Of a stretch of 64,000 nucleotides of DNA, positions 48,489 to 58,619 are shown one piece after another. Under the pieces are notes generated by a model. It was not told where the DNA came from, searched no databases, and saw only the letters and a program-made list of their open reading frames with translations. Both the position numbers and the translations under genes were made by a program. The stretch covers positions 265,210 through 329,209 of the forward strand of contig CAWJOH010000015.1 in assembly GCA_963844455.1 (NCBI GenBank). Reading direction: 5' to 3'. Position 1 is the stretch's first letter. Each line of letters opens with the position of its first letter. The stretch is from an uncultured Actinomycetota bacterium. Lineage in GTDB: Bacteria; Actinomycetota; Actinomycetes; Mycobacteriales; Nakamurellaceae.

Positions 48489-49993
48489 CTCCGACCTTCT
48501 TGGGCGTGCCGAGTCACCGCCGGGGACGCGCCGAGCCGTCGCCGCTGCGCGGTGAGCGGTCGTTCCCGAAGGCCGCGCGCCGGGAACTCGCCAACGGGCA
48601 GCTGCGCGCCAACCTCGCGCACGCGACCGGCACGATCCGCACCAAGCGCGCGCACGTCGTCGGCGAGATGCCGGACTGGGAAGCGTTGCGGGACGCCGGT
48701 TCCGCGATCAAGACGGACGTGATGGCCCGGCTGCCCGAGCTTCTCGAGCAGCTGGAGGCGAATGTCGTCGCCCGCGGCGGCGTCGTGCACTGGGCGATCG
48801 ACGCGGCCGAGGCCAACCGGATCGTCACCGAGCTCGTCCGGTCCACCGGCGCCGACGAGGTGGTCAAGGTGAAATCCATGGCGACCCAGGAGATCGGGCT
48901 GAACGAACACCTGGCGGCGGAGGGCATCGCCGCCGTGGAGACGGATCTGGCCGAGCTCATCGTGCAGCTCGCCGACGACACGTCGTCACACATCCTCGTC
49001 CCGGCGATCCATCGCAACCGCACCGAGGTACGCGACATCTTCCTCACCGAGATGGCCGACGCCCCGGCCGATCTCACCGATGAACCGCAGCGGCTGGCCA
49101 TGGCCGCCCGCGAGCATCTGCGCCGCAAGTTCCTCACCGCGCGGGTCGCCGTGTCCGGCGCCAACTTCGGCATCGCCGACACCGGCACGCTGTGCGTCGT
49201 CGAGTCGGAGGGCAACGGCCGGATGTGCCTCACCCTGCCAGAGACCCTCATCACCGTCATGGGTATCGAGAAGCTGTTGCCGACCTTCGCCGACCTCGAG
49301 GTGTTCCTGCAGCTGCTGCCCCGCTCGTCGACCGGCGAGCGGATGAACCCGTACACCTCGCTCTGGACCGGGGTCACACCCGGCGACGGGCCGCAGGAGT
49401 TCCACCTGATCCTGCTCGACAACGGACGCTCCAGGGTGCTGGCCGATCGGGTGGGACGCGCTGCCCTGCACTGCATCCGCTGCTCGGCGTGCCTGAACGT
49501 CTGCCCGGTCTACTCGCGCACCGGCGGCCACGCCTACGGGTCGGTCTACCCCGGACCGATCGGCGCGATCCTGACCCCGATGCTCACCGGCATCACCGGT
49601 CACGGGGACCCGAACGCCTCCCTGCCCTACGCATCCTCGCTCTGCGGCGCCTGCTACGACGTCTGCCCGGTCAAGATCGACATCCCGAGCATCCTGGTCG
49701 AGCTGCGCGCGCAGGTCGTCGACGCCGACCGGCACCGCACGATTCCCGGCGGTTGGGACGCCGCGATGAAGGCGGCGTCCTGGGTGATGAGCGACGAGAG
49801 GCGCTTCGCCGCCGCGGAGAAGTCGCTCGCGGCGGGCCGGGTCCTCGCCGGCCGGACCGGACGGATCTCGCACCTGCCACCTCCGCTGTCCCGCTGGACC
49901 CGCAGCCGCGACCTGCCAGCGCCGCCGGCCCAGACGTTCCGCGACTGGTGGGTGGAGTCGCACCGGCCGAGCGGCCCGGAAACCGGCACGTGA
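48485..49993 (+). CDS. lutB: Lactate utilization Fe-S protein B
   Basis: KVKSM, ETDLAE, SHILVPAIH, ESEGNG, CIRCSACLNVCP, SLCGACYDVCP. Confidence 0.94.
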   Translation: MTPTFLGVPSHRRGRAEPSPLRGERSFPKAARRELANGQLRANLAHATGTIRTKRAHVVGEMPDWEALRDAGSAIKTDVMARLPELLEQLEANVVARGGVVHWAIDAAEANRIVTELVRSTGADEVVKVKSMATQEIGLNEHLAAEGIAAVETDLAELIVQLADDTSSHILVPAIHRNRTEVRDIFLTEMADAPADLTDEPQRLAMAAREHLRRKFLTARVAVSGANFGIADTGTLCVVESEGNGRMCLTLPETLITVMGIEKLLPTFADLEVFLQLLPRSSTGERMNPYTSLWTGVTPGDGPQEFHLILLDNGRSRVLADRVGRAALHCIRCSACLNVCPVYSRTGGHAYGSVYPGPIGAILTPMLTGITGHGDPNASLPYASSLCGACYDVCPVKIDIPSILVELRAQVVDADRHRTIPGGWDAAMKAASWVMSDERRFAAAEKSLAAGRVLAGRTGRISHLPPPLSRWTRSRDLPAPPAQTFRDWWVESHRPSGPETGT

Positions 49994-50628
49994 TGACCGA
50001 CCGGGAGACGGTGCTCGCCCGCGTCCGCGACGCGCTCGCCGCGGACACGGAGCCGGCCCACGTCGTGCCGCGCGGCTACACCCGTCACGGGCGCCCGCCC
50101 GGCAGTCCCGAGGTGGTCGACCTGCTCATCGACCGACTGCTGGACTACCGGGCGCTGGTCCGCCGCACCACCCCCGACCAGCTCGGTCCGGCCATCCGAC
50201 AGGCGCTGTCCGCCGCCGGGTCGGTGGTGATTCCCACCGGGCTGCCGGCGACGATCGCTGAGTCGTGCCGGGCGGACGGTCGGTCGGTCGCCGTGGACGG
50301 GGTGACCGGAACCCTGTCGGCCGCGGCCCTCGACGCGGTCGACGCCGTCGTCACCACCGCGCGGGTGGCCATCGCACTGAGCGGCACCATCATCCTGGAC
50401 GGCGAACCCGACCAGGGCCGGCGCGCGATCACCCTGATCCCCGACCACCACGTCGTGGTCCTGCGCGGCGAGCAGGTCGTCGAGACCGTTCCGGAGGCGA
50501 TCGCGATGCTCGAACCCACCCGGCCGCTCACCATGATCGCCGGGCCGTCCGCCACCAGCGACATCGAGCTCGAGCGCGTCGAGGGCGTGCACGGTCCCCG
50601 CACGCTCGAGGTCGTCATCGTCGGCTGA
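49993..50628 (+). CDS. lutC: Lactate utilization protein C (LUD domain)
   Basis: GRRAITLIPDHH, IAGPSATSDIELERVEGVHGP. Confidence 0.92.
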   Translation: MTDRETVLARVRDALAADTEPAHVVPRGYTRHGRPPGSPEVVDLLIDRLLDYRALVRRTTPDQLGPAIRQALSAAGSVVIPTGLPATIAESCRADGRSVAVDGVTGTLSAAALDAVDAVVTTARVAIALSGTIILDGEPDQGRRAITLIPDHHVVVLRGEQVVETVPEAIAMLEPTRPLTMIAGPSATSDIELERVEGVHGPRTLEVVIVG

Positions 50629-50755
50629 AGCCGGCGGGTCTCACGCCCCCCGGGTCGTCGCGCCACGGCGTCCAGGATGAAGTCTCGTGACCTCATCGAC
50701 CAGGACGACTGCTGAGCGGATCCTGCAGCTGCGACGAGCAGGCAGGTCGCAGGAA

Positions 50756-51211
50756 TCAACCCGTCGTGGGGCTCGTCGACGGCGTCGAAGCCGACACCGC
50801 GGTGGTGACGTTGCAGGCCGCGATGTCGTTCTGCAGGTTGGCCTGAATCGGCTGGAGGCGTCGAACGATGGCGTCCAGCTTGGCGATGTCGAGCTGCCGA
50901 GCGGCTTCGCCGAGCTCGGAGATCGCCTGGAAGGCGTCTTGGGCTGCGTTGATGACCCGAACGCACGCGTCGTTCACGGTGACCTGTGCCGTCAGGGCGG
51001 CCGTCTCGGTGCCGGTTGACGCCCCGGACGTCGGAGGCGGGGAGACGGTGGTAGTAGCGGCGGCGGGTGCTCGGTCGGAGTCCTCGCTCAGCAGCGCGAC
51101 CGTGACGGCGCCGGCGCCGGCGCCGAGAACGAAGGCGATGCCGGCGAGAAGCCACGCGAAGAGTCCCCCGCCTCGACGCCGAGCGACCGACGGCGGTGCC
51201 GGTTCGACCAT
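50756..51211 (-). CDS. Membrane-anchored hypothetical protein with helical C-domain and 2 Cys
   Basis: TM segment WLLAGIAFVLGAGAGAVTVALL, Thr/Ser linker; RBS GGAAGGA. Confidence 0.6.
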   Translation of the reverse strand: MVEPAPPSVARRRGGGLFAWLLAGIAFVLGAGAGAVTVALLSEDSDRAPAAATTTVSPPPTSGASTGTETAALTAQVTVNDACVRVINAAQDAFQAISELGEAARQLDIAKLDAIVRRLQPIQANLQNDIAACNVTTAVSASTPSTSPTTG

Positions 51212-51472
51212 GTCGCGTCCTTCCTGCCGCCGACCACCCGGTGGTGGTGACAAGCCTCGCTGCCGAAGAAGGCCGTTCGGGTTCGGATTGAGGATCCCAC
51301 TTCCACCCGGTCGGCGGCAGGTCGGCCGAGCGTCGCCCGGTCCATCGAAGCGGCGCGCGCGGGCACTCAGGACGGTCCATGGGGACGAACGTGGCGTGAC
51401 GGGGAACATTCACGTTGTGCACACCGCGCCGCGGGGTGGCGGCCGGCCGACCAGTGTGATCGGTCCGCCGCG

Positions 51473-53752
51473 ATGACGGGCGCGGTCACCTCGGCATACC
51501 GGCGGGTGGTGGTCGTCGGGCGGTGGCTGATCGTGGGCGGCTGGCTGGCGCTGGCCGTGGCGCTGCCTCCGGCGGCGCCATCGTCCCAGGGCACGATCGG
51601 CAGCGACGTGGGCGCCCTGCTGCCGGCCGACAGCGCCGCGGTGGCGGCGCAGCAGCGATCGCTGGAGAAGTTCGACGTCCCGTTGATCTCCCAGGTCGCG
51701 GTCGTGGTGCACGATCCTGGCGGGCTCAGCCTCCTCACCCAGGCGGATGTCATGCTGTGGGCGCTGTCGTTCGTCCAGGCGAGCGAGGAGGGACGGACGC
51801 CGTCGGGCGCCGGTCAGATCGTTGGCGCGGTCCCCGTTCCGGCCGTCACCCCGGAGACCGCTGTGACCTACGTCTACACCTCGCCGGGGACGTCACCGGA
51901 GGTCAGCGTCGCGCTGGCCCGTGGCTACGCGGCGCACTTCGCCAATCAGGCGTCGGTGCAGACGTGGGTCACGGGCGTGCTTCCGGGGCAACTGGCCCAG
52001 CGCGGCTACCTCTACTCGCGGCTCGACTTCGTGGAGCTCGCGACGCTGGCCATGGTCGCCGTGGTCGTCGCCTTCGTGTTCCGCTCGTTCTCCGCGCCGT
52101 TGGCCGTGTTCGCAGTGGCCGGGCTGGGGTATCTCGTCGCGCTTCGACTGCTCCGGGTCCTCACGGATCGACTCGGGTTCCCGTTTCCGGACGAACTGCA
52201 ACCGCTGTTGGCCGCGCTCCTGATCGGGGTGGTCACCGACTACTGCGTCCTTTTCCTCTTCGCCTGTCGCGACCACCTCGTGCGGGGCGCCCATCGGCAC
52301 GTCGCGGCGGCGCGGGCGGCCGCTTCCGAGGGACCCATCGTCGCGGTGGCCGGCCTGACCGTCGCGGGCGGCACCGCGGCCCTGCTGGCCGCCAACTTCC
52401 CGATCTTCAGGGCCTTCGGCCCTGCGATGGCGCTGACCGTGCTGGTCGGCCTGGCGGTGTCGGTGACGCTCGTTCCGGCCCTGATGGCCATTCTCGGCCG
52501 ATGGCTTTTCCTGCCGTGGGATCCCGCTCGTTGGGCGGCGAAGCTTCGTCGGCGAACGACGCGGCGGACGGGCTGGATGGTGCGGATCGTGGTCAACCGA
52601 GCCGGCGCCGCGGTGGCCGCACTGCTCGCGACAGGGATCCTCGTCGTGGCCGCGGTTCCGATCGTCGACATGAGGCTGGACGCGTCCTTCACGGGCCCGA
52701 TCCCGACCGAGGATCCCGTGCGCGAGGGTGCGGAGGTGCTCGACGCCTCCGGCGTAGCCGGAATCACGGCACCCACCGAAATCCTGGTCGAGAGCGGGGA
52801 TATCGGTGAGCAGCGGGACGCGCTGGAGGCGATGCAGGCGATCATCACAGGTCAGCCCGGGGTCGCCAGAGTCGTCGGACCGGCGCAGAACCCGTTGCCG
52901 GACGAATTCGGGGTCGTGCTGTCCCGGGACGGCACCGCCGCGCGCTTCATCGTCGTCTTCGCGGGGGACCCGCTGGGCGGCGAGACCATCGAAGACTTCT
53001 CATCCCTGTCCGCCGCACTGCCGGCGATCGCCGAAGACGCCGGCTTGCGCGGCGTGACCATCAGCGTGACGGGCCAAACCGCCATCGCCGCCGAACTGGC
53101 GGCGATCACGCGGCAGAACCTGGTCATCACCTTGCTCGCGGCATTCGGAATCGAGCTGTTGATCCTGATCGTCTATCTGCGCGCGCTCCTCGCGCCCCTG
53201 GTCCTGCTGGGCTGCAGTGCCCTCGGAGTCGCGGCCGCCCTCGGCCTCACGGTGCTGGTCTTCCAACAGGTCCTCGACGCCACCGGTCTCACCTTCTACA
53301 TCGTGTTCGCGACGGCCGTGCTGCTGCTGTCCCTGGGGTCGGACTACAACGTGTTCACCGTCGGATCCATCTGGCGGGAGGCCGGGCGGCACCCGCTCGG
53401 CCGCGCCATCGCCCGCGCGATGCCGGCGAGTGCCAGGGCGGTGAGCGCCGCGGGTCTGATCCTTGCCGCCACCTTCGCGATGGTGGCATTCATCCCATTG
53501 GACACCTTCCGCCAACTCGCGTTCACGATGGCTGTCGGGTTGCTTCTCGACACGTTCGTGATTCGCCCCGTCTTGACGCCCGCCGTGCTCACCCTGCTGG
53601 GCCGCTGGGCCGGTTGGCCCAGCCGGCGCATCACGACTGCGGCCACCACCGACGAGGAACTCCGTCGGACTGCCGCGAGAGCCGCCATCAGGTCGGGCTC
53701 CTCGCCCGCTACCGTGGACGCGCCGTTCCTTCCGACCAGGGGGAGGCGATGA
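51473..53752 (+). CDS. MMPL (RND-like) membrane transporter
   Basis: GVVTDY and LGSDYN TM4/TM10 motifs, TLVPAL, LDTFVIRP. Confidence 0.88.
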   Translation: MTGAVTSAYRRVVVVGRWLIVGGWLALAVALPPAAPSSQGTIGSDVGALLPADSAAVAAQQRSLEKFDVPLISQVAVVVHDPGGLSLLTQADVMLWALSFVQASEEGRTPSGAGQIVGAVPVPAVTPETAVTYVYTSPGTSPEVSVALARGYAAHFANQASVQTWVTGVLPGQLAQRGYLYSRLDFVELATLAMVAVVVAFVFRSFSAPLAVFAVAGLGYLVALRLLRVLTDRLGFPFPDELQPLLAALLIGVVTDYCVLFLFACRDHLVRGAHRHVAAARAAASEGPIVAVAGLTVAGGTAALLAANFPIFRAFGPAMALTVLVGLAVSVTLVPALMAILGRWLFLPWDPARWAAKLRRRTTRRTGWMVRIVVNRAGAAVAALLATGILVVAAVPIVDMRLDASFTGPIPTEDPVREGAEVLDASGVAGITAPTEILVESGDIGEQRDALEAMQAIITGQPGVARVVGPAQNPLPDEFGVVLSRDGTAARFIVVFAGDPLGGETIEDFSSLSAALPAIAEDAGLRGVTISVTGQTAIAAELAAITRQNLVITLLAAFGIELLILIVYLRALLAPLVLLGCSALGVAAALGLTVLVFQQVLDATGLTFYIVFATAVLLLSLGSDYNVFTVGSIWREAGRHPLGRAIARAMPASARAVSAAGLILAATFAMVAFIPLDTFRQLAFTMAVGLLLDTFVIRPVLTPAVLTLLGRWAGWPSRRITTAATTDEELRRTAARAAIRSGSSPATVDAPFLPTRGRR

Positions 53753-54528
53753 CCAGGCCGCCGCCCGCTGAGACGGCCGCGGACTCGGCGCAGAAATCCT
53801 CCGCCCGCCGGGTTCGGCGGTCACATCCCGCGCTGCTGATCGCAACGTTCCTGGTGACCGTTGTCCTGTTGCTCTGGGCCGCCGATCGGCTGGCGCGCAC
53901 GGTCGCGCAGAACCGGCTGACCGACGAGATCCGCCAGCAGACGGACGGTCTCACGGAGCCCTCGGTCTCCATCGGCGGCGCCTTCTTCATTCCTCAGGTC
54001 CTGCGCGGCCGATACGACCGGGTCACCATCGCGTTCCCCGAACTGACCGACGGGCCTATACGTCTGCAGAACGTGCACGCCGAGCTGTCCGGGGTGCACG
54101 TTCCTTTTCGCGACGTCCTGGTGGGTGCCGCTGGCCCGATCCTGGTGGATCACGCCGACGAGCAGGCGTTTCTCACCTACGACGATCTGAACAGCTATCT
54201 GTCGGCGATGGGCCAACCGGTGACCGTTCAGGGCACGGACGACGCCACCGTGCTGCTGACCGGAAGCGTCCAGGTGGGCACCTCTACCGTCACCGGGACG
54301 GCGGAAGCCCGCATCGCCGCCGCCGGTGACGCGGTCGCGGTGACCCCGACGCGACTGGTTTCCGACGGTCCCCTCGGCACACTGAGTGAGGTTCTGCTGG
54401 GTGAGCGGTTCACGTTCCTGATTCCGCTCGACCCACTGCCTTTCGGCGAGCAGGTCACCAGCGTCGACGTCCAGGATGACGGATTCCTGATTCGGGCACA
54501 GGGCGACGACCTCCTCATCACCGGATAG
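53749..54528 (+). CDS. LmeA/DUF2993-family protein
   Basis: TM-ADRLAR, V.IGGAFFIPQVLRGRYDRV, LPFG; ATGA-coupled to the MMPL stop. Confidence 0.8.
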   Translation: MTRPPPAETAADSAQKSSARRVRRSHPALLIATFLVTVVLLLWAADRLARTVAQNRLTDEIRQQTDGLTEPSVSIGGAFFIPQVLRGRYDRVTIAFPELTDGPIRLQNVHAELSGVHVPFRDVLVGAAGPILVDHADEQAFLTYDDLNSYLSAMGQPVTVQGTDDATVLLTGSVQVGTSTVTGTAEARIAAAGDAVAVTPTRLVSDGPLGTLSEVLLGERFTFLIPLDPLPFGEQVTSVDVQDDGFLIRAQGDDLLITG

Positions 54529-55390
54529 ACCCGTCGTCGATCGTCCCGCCGCGTCCCACGCCGCGTCCCAGGATGACGGGTTGACCGCACCCGTGCGGCG
54601 ACGGTCGATTTCGTACGCCTGCCGGCGGTCAGTGGCGAGAAGGGTAGGTGCCGGCACACGGAGGTGCACGGCTACCGGGCATGCTCGCTACTCCAGAGGC
54701 CGCGCATCGTGCCGGACGCGCAACGACGTCCCCGACGGCGCGGCGCCGTCAACCGACTTCTGAACCACCACCCGCACGATGGCCGGACGAGAACCAGCTC
54801 CACCCCTGCCTCGGTCGACATGTGGACCCCGTACGCAGTCGGGTCTTGCCGCCATCCTGCGGCGAGCACCGCTGGACGCTTCGGTCGTGAGGGAACCCGT
54901 GGCCCGCTCCGTTCCGAACCGGGAACCAGCAGCCTCGATCTCCCAACTGAGGCACGATCCGAGCGATCCCCAACCCGCATGGCCCCGGGCAACCTGCTGG
55001 ACAAGGTCATCGACAGCTGTGCGAGATGGTTCGAGGTGTGTGGGGACGATCCCGGCGGTCGTGGCGTGCCGCGCGGTCATTGGTTAGCTGATGACCGTCT
55101 GTGCGCCGGGTGTTTCCGACGTTGCTGTCCGGAATGCGCTGTACCGTGACGATCTCGTCACGAATGCGGGTTGCTCATTAGCTGAATCGCTGGCTAACCT
55201 TGGTGTGGCGATGGGTTGAGGTGAGCCCGTACGGCACCTGCGAGGGGATGCGTGCCGGCGGTGCCGTGACGCCATCAGCGCCGCTGTTGACGATCGCGCC
55301 TCGCCGATCGATCCGTCGCTTCCCTACAGGTTCGGCCCGCACGAGCGGACGGCGAACGTCGCCGTCCGGGAACGTCCCAGGAGGAACGTG

Positions 55391-55966
55391 ATGACCAGTA
55401 GCACCCAGGCGTACACCGCCGTCCTGAACGGGGCGCGCAACGCCGCCGAGAACACCGCGCAGGCGTTCAAGCAGGGGACCCAGAGCGTGGCCGGGCAGGC
55501 CGACGCGTTGGTGTCCCGGCTGCCCGAGGTGGACTTGAAGGCCCCGGTCGAGCAGTACTTCGATTTCCTGCAGCAGTTCATCGACGTGAACCGCGAGGTG
55601 GCCCTGCGTTGGGCGCAACTCGTCGGTGAGCTGTCCGGTGCGGTGCGGGAGCAGACCCAGTCGGTCTGGTCGCTGGCCACCGAGCAGGCCGCCAAGGCTG
55701 CCGATGTGGCGGTGGAGCCGGCTCGCCGCGCCGAGGAGGTCGCGAACCAGCAGGCCGCGCGGGTCGAGGAGGCGGAGCGGGAGCAGGCTCGGGCGGCTCG
55801 TCGCGCCGAGCGTGAGCAGGCCCGCCAGGCTCAGGAGAAGGCTCGCGCCAAGTATGAGGACCTGACCAAGGCCGAGCTCAGCGATCGGCTGGCCGAGCGG
55901 GGTCTGCCCAAGACCGGCACCGTCGAGGAGCTTGTCGAGCGTCTCGTGGAGGCCGACCAGAAGTAG
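55391..55966 (+). CDS. Helical protein with C-terminal SAP DNA-binding domain
   Basis: C-terminal YEDLTKAELSDRLAERGLPKTGTVEELVERL matches the SAP pattern; AGGAGGA RBS. Confidence 0.8.
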   Translation: MTSSTQAYTAVLNGARNAAENTAQAFKQGTQSVAGQADALVSRLPEVDLKAPVEQYFDFLQQFIDVNREVALRWAQLVGELSGAVREQTQSVWSLATEQAAKAADVAVEPARRAEEVANQQAARVEEAEREQARAARRAEREQARQAQEKARAKYEDLTKAELSDRLAERGLPKTGTVEELVERLVEADQK

Positions 55967-56067
55967 GGCGTGGTCCGACGACACTGGACTTCGCCTGTGC
56001 CGCCGGTGCCGGTGGACCCGTTCCATCGGCACCGGCGACTGGCATCTCGGAACGAAAAGGAGCCGCA

Positions 56068-56952
56068 TTGAGTGCCGCGTTGACCAAGACCACCGTTCCG
56101 GGGCGAGCGGCCGAGAAGGCGATCGGCGGGCGTCGGCCTGGCTTGTTCGTGCACCGGGTCGGCCGGGGTGAGCCCCTGGTGCTGCTGCACGGGCTGGGAG
56201 AGTCCCACATCGGGTGGCGGCCGGTGCTGGCCCAGCTGGCCGCGTCCTACGACGTACTGGCGGTCGACCTGCCCGGATTCGGCCGGTCTCCGGTCCTTCC
56301 GGCCGGCCGGCGACCCTCCGGGAAGAACCTCACCGCCGCGATCACGGCCACCCTGGACGACCTGGGCGTGGACCGATACCACGTCGCCGGCTACTCGCTC
56401 GGCGCCCGGCTGGCGCTGCACCTCGCCGCGACCGACGACCGGGTTCGGTCGGTGGTGGCCATCGGCCCGGACGGGATGGGCACCCCGGTGGAACGGCTGC
56501 AGGGCTACTACACCCTGGCCGCCGCCCGGGGCATCGCAGCCGCCCTCGCGCCGGCCGCGGACTGGCTGAGTCGAACGCCGACCGGCCGCACCCTGTTCTT
56601 CGCCGGCAACCGCAGCCGCCCCTGGCAACTCACCCCCGGCGACGCCCACCAACTGCTCACCGGCTTCACCCGAGCCGATGCCTTCCACGACACGAACCGG
56701 GCCGGCAGCATCGAAATCCCGACCTACCTGCACCGCATCCGGCAGCCCATCCTCCTCCTGCAGGGCACAGCGGACCCGACAACGCCGCAGGTGCTGCGCT
56801 ACCTGCCCTTCCTGCCCCACGCCCGGCTGCGGTGGATCCCCGGCGGCAACCACGTCGTCATCTCCGACGCCCCCGACGCCGCGGCCCGGTCCATGCTGGA
56901 GTTCCTGCACACCATCGACACCGAGCACCCAGAGCGGACCGGCACCCGATAG
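56068..56952 (+). CDS. Alpha/beta-fold hydrolase
   Basis: LLHGLG, DLPGFGRS, GYSLG nucleophile, QGTADP, GNH. Confidence 0.88.
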   Translation: MSAALTKTTVPGRAAEKAIGGRRPGLFVHRVGRGEPLVLLHGLGESHIGWRPVLAQLAASYDVLAVDLPGFGRSPVLPAGRRPSGKNLTAAITATLDDLGVDRYHVAGYSLGARLALHLAATDDRVRSVVAIGPDGMGTPVERLQGYYTLAAARGIAAALAPAADWLSRTPTGRTLFFAGNRSRPWQLTPGDAHQLLTGFTRADAFHDTNRAGSIEIPTYLHRIRQPILLLQGTADPTTPQVLRYLPFLPHARLRWIPGGNHVVISDAPDAAARSMLEFLHTIDTEHPERTGTR

Positions 56953-57351
56953 TCCAGACGGCCAGCTGCAGGGACAGACCCACCGCTTGACAGGCGAAGA
57001 CCGCCTGCCGGCGCGCGCCGCGGCCTGTCTGGTTCACCAGTCGAGCCGGTTGGTGGAGACGAGCGCGCGGCTCGATGAATCGCGCAGCACGTTGTCGCGA
57101 TCTACTCGACCCTGAGGCCCTATCCGGGCGATCATGAGCTGATGGCGTTTGCAGATGGCCAAGTGCCGCGTACGACTCGTGTCGGCGAATGGCGTGACCC
57201 GCCGGATGCGACGGCGACTCGCCGCCCGCCTCGGTCTGGCGCTCGCTCGGCTCAGCCCCGCTCCAGGACCCGGATCTACCTTGGGCGGCAGGACTTCTGC
57301 GTCTGCCCATACCCAGGGTCGTCAATGCCCTGAGAGCGCTACCGTCAGCAG

Positions 57352-58326
57352 ATGAAGGCTGCATTGCATGTCAGGTACGGCCCGCCGACCGTCGTCCGCG
57401 TCACGGATCTGCCCAAGCCGACGCCAACGGCCGGCGAGATCCTGGTGAAAGTGCACGCCACGACGGTCAATCGGACTGACTGCGCGTACCGGGCGGGAAA
57501 GCCGTACCTTGCGCGCGCTGTCTATGGGTTCACCCGACCGAAGGCGACGGTCCTCGGCAACGAGTTCGCCGGATGCGTCGAGGCCGTCGGCGGCCGTGTC
57601 ACGCTCTTCAGCCCAGGCGATCGGGTCTTCGGGTACAACGAAGGCCCGTTCGGCGGGCACGCCGAGTACATGGTCATCGCCGAGACGGCTTCAGTGGCGA
57701 CCGTGCCCGCGGGGATGTCCTATGAGCAGATCGCCCCCAGTACCGAAGGCGCCCACTACGCGCTCTCCGCCATCCGCGCGGCGAAAGTGGGGGCCGGACA
57801 TCGAGTGCTCGTCAATGGCGCAACCGGAGCCATCGGCTCGGCAGCCGTGCAGCTGTTGAAAGCGCTCGACGTATCGGTCACCGCAGTATGCGGGCCCGCC
57901 CACCTCGAGCTCGTCAAGGGCTTGGGCGCCGACCGCGTCATCGACTACACGGCGGGCGACTTCACCCGCGAGCGGGACAGCTCTTACGATGTCGTCCTCG
58001 ATGCTGTCGGGAAGCGCTCGTTCGGCGCGTGCAAGCCTCTGTTGCGGCCGCATGGGATCTACCTATCGACCGAGTTGGGGCCGCGAGCCGAGAATCCATT
58101 CCTCGCGCTGGTCACGCCGTTGTTCGGTCGTCGGCAGGTGAGGTTTCCGATCCCGAAACACAACAAACAGATCGTGGAACACCTGAAGACGCGCATCGAG
58201 TCCGGAGCGTTCACGCCGCTTGTTGACCGCCGGTATCAGCTTGCCGAGATTGTCGATGCCTACCGCTACGTGGAAACGGGTGAGAAATTGGGCAACGTCG
58301 TGATCGACGTCGACGCCGGCGACTAG
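57352..58326 (+). CDS. MDR-family NAD(P)-dependent oxidoreductase (zinc-independent type)
   Basis: YGPP, VHATTVN, LGNEFAG, NGATGAIG, LGADRVIDY, GNVVI. Confidence 0.9.
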   Translation: MKAALHVRYGPPTVVRVTDLPKPTPTAGEILVKVHATTVNRTDCAYRAGKPYLARAVYGFTRPKATVLGNEFAGCVEAVGGRVTLFSPGDRVFGYNEGPFGGHAEYMVIAETASVATVPAGMSYEQIAPSTEGAHYALSAIRAAKVGAGHRVLVNGATGAIGSAAVQLLKALDVSVTAVCGPAHLELVKGLGADRVIDYTAGDFTRERDSSYDVVLDAVGKRSFGACKPLLRPHGIYLSTELGPRAENPFLALVTPLFGRRQVRFPIPKHNKQIVEHLKTRIESGAFTPLVDRRYQLAEIVDAYRYVETGEKLGNVVIDVDAGD

Positions 58327-58619
58327 TGCTTCAAGTCTGAAGTAACGTCTACTTGGGTTCGGCGAGGATCTCGTCGGCGAGCTTGGTCCAGACGAATGGT
58401 CGACTGCTCGTTCGAGCCGAAGATGGACGCCCGGACCTTGACGGCCAGGTCCTTCAGCGCCGTGTCCGGGTCCCGCCAGAATCCGGTGACCATCCGGTCT
58501 CGCGGCCGGTTCGGTAGCCGGCGTCTCTCGATGCGGTCCCTTGCCGCGGCGGCCCGGGTGCGGGATCGTCTCGCTTCGTGGTTGCATCCGATTCGTCCCA
58601 TCATCGCGGCCCTGCAACC

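Noticed and set aside
58400-58530. TIR-domain-like C-terminal motif (W.D.D.A..D....VR)
   Set aside because: Resemblance is short and no TIR N-terminal motifs were found upstream; kept only as a possible remnant
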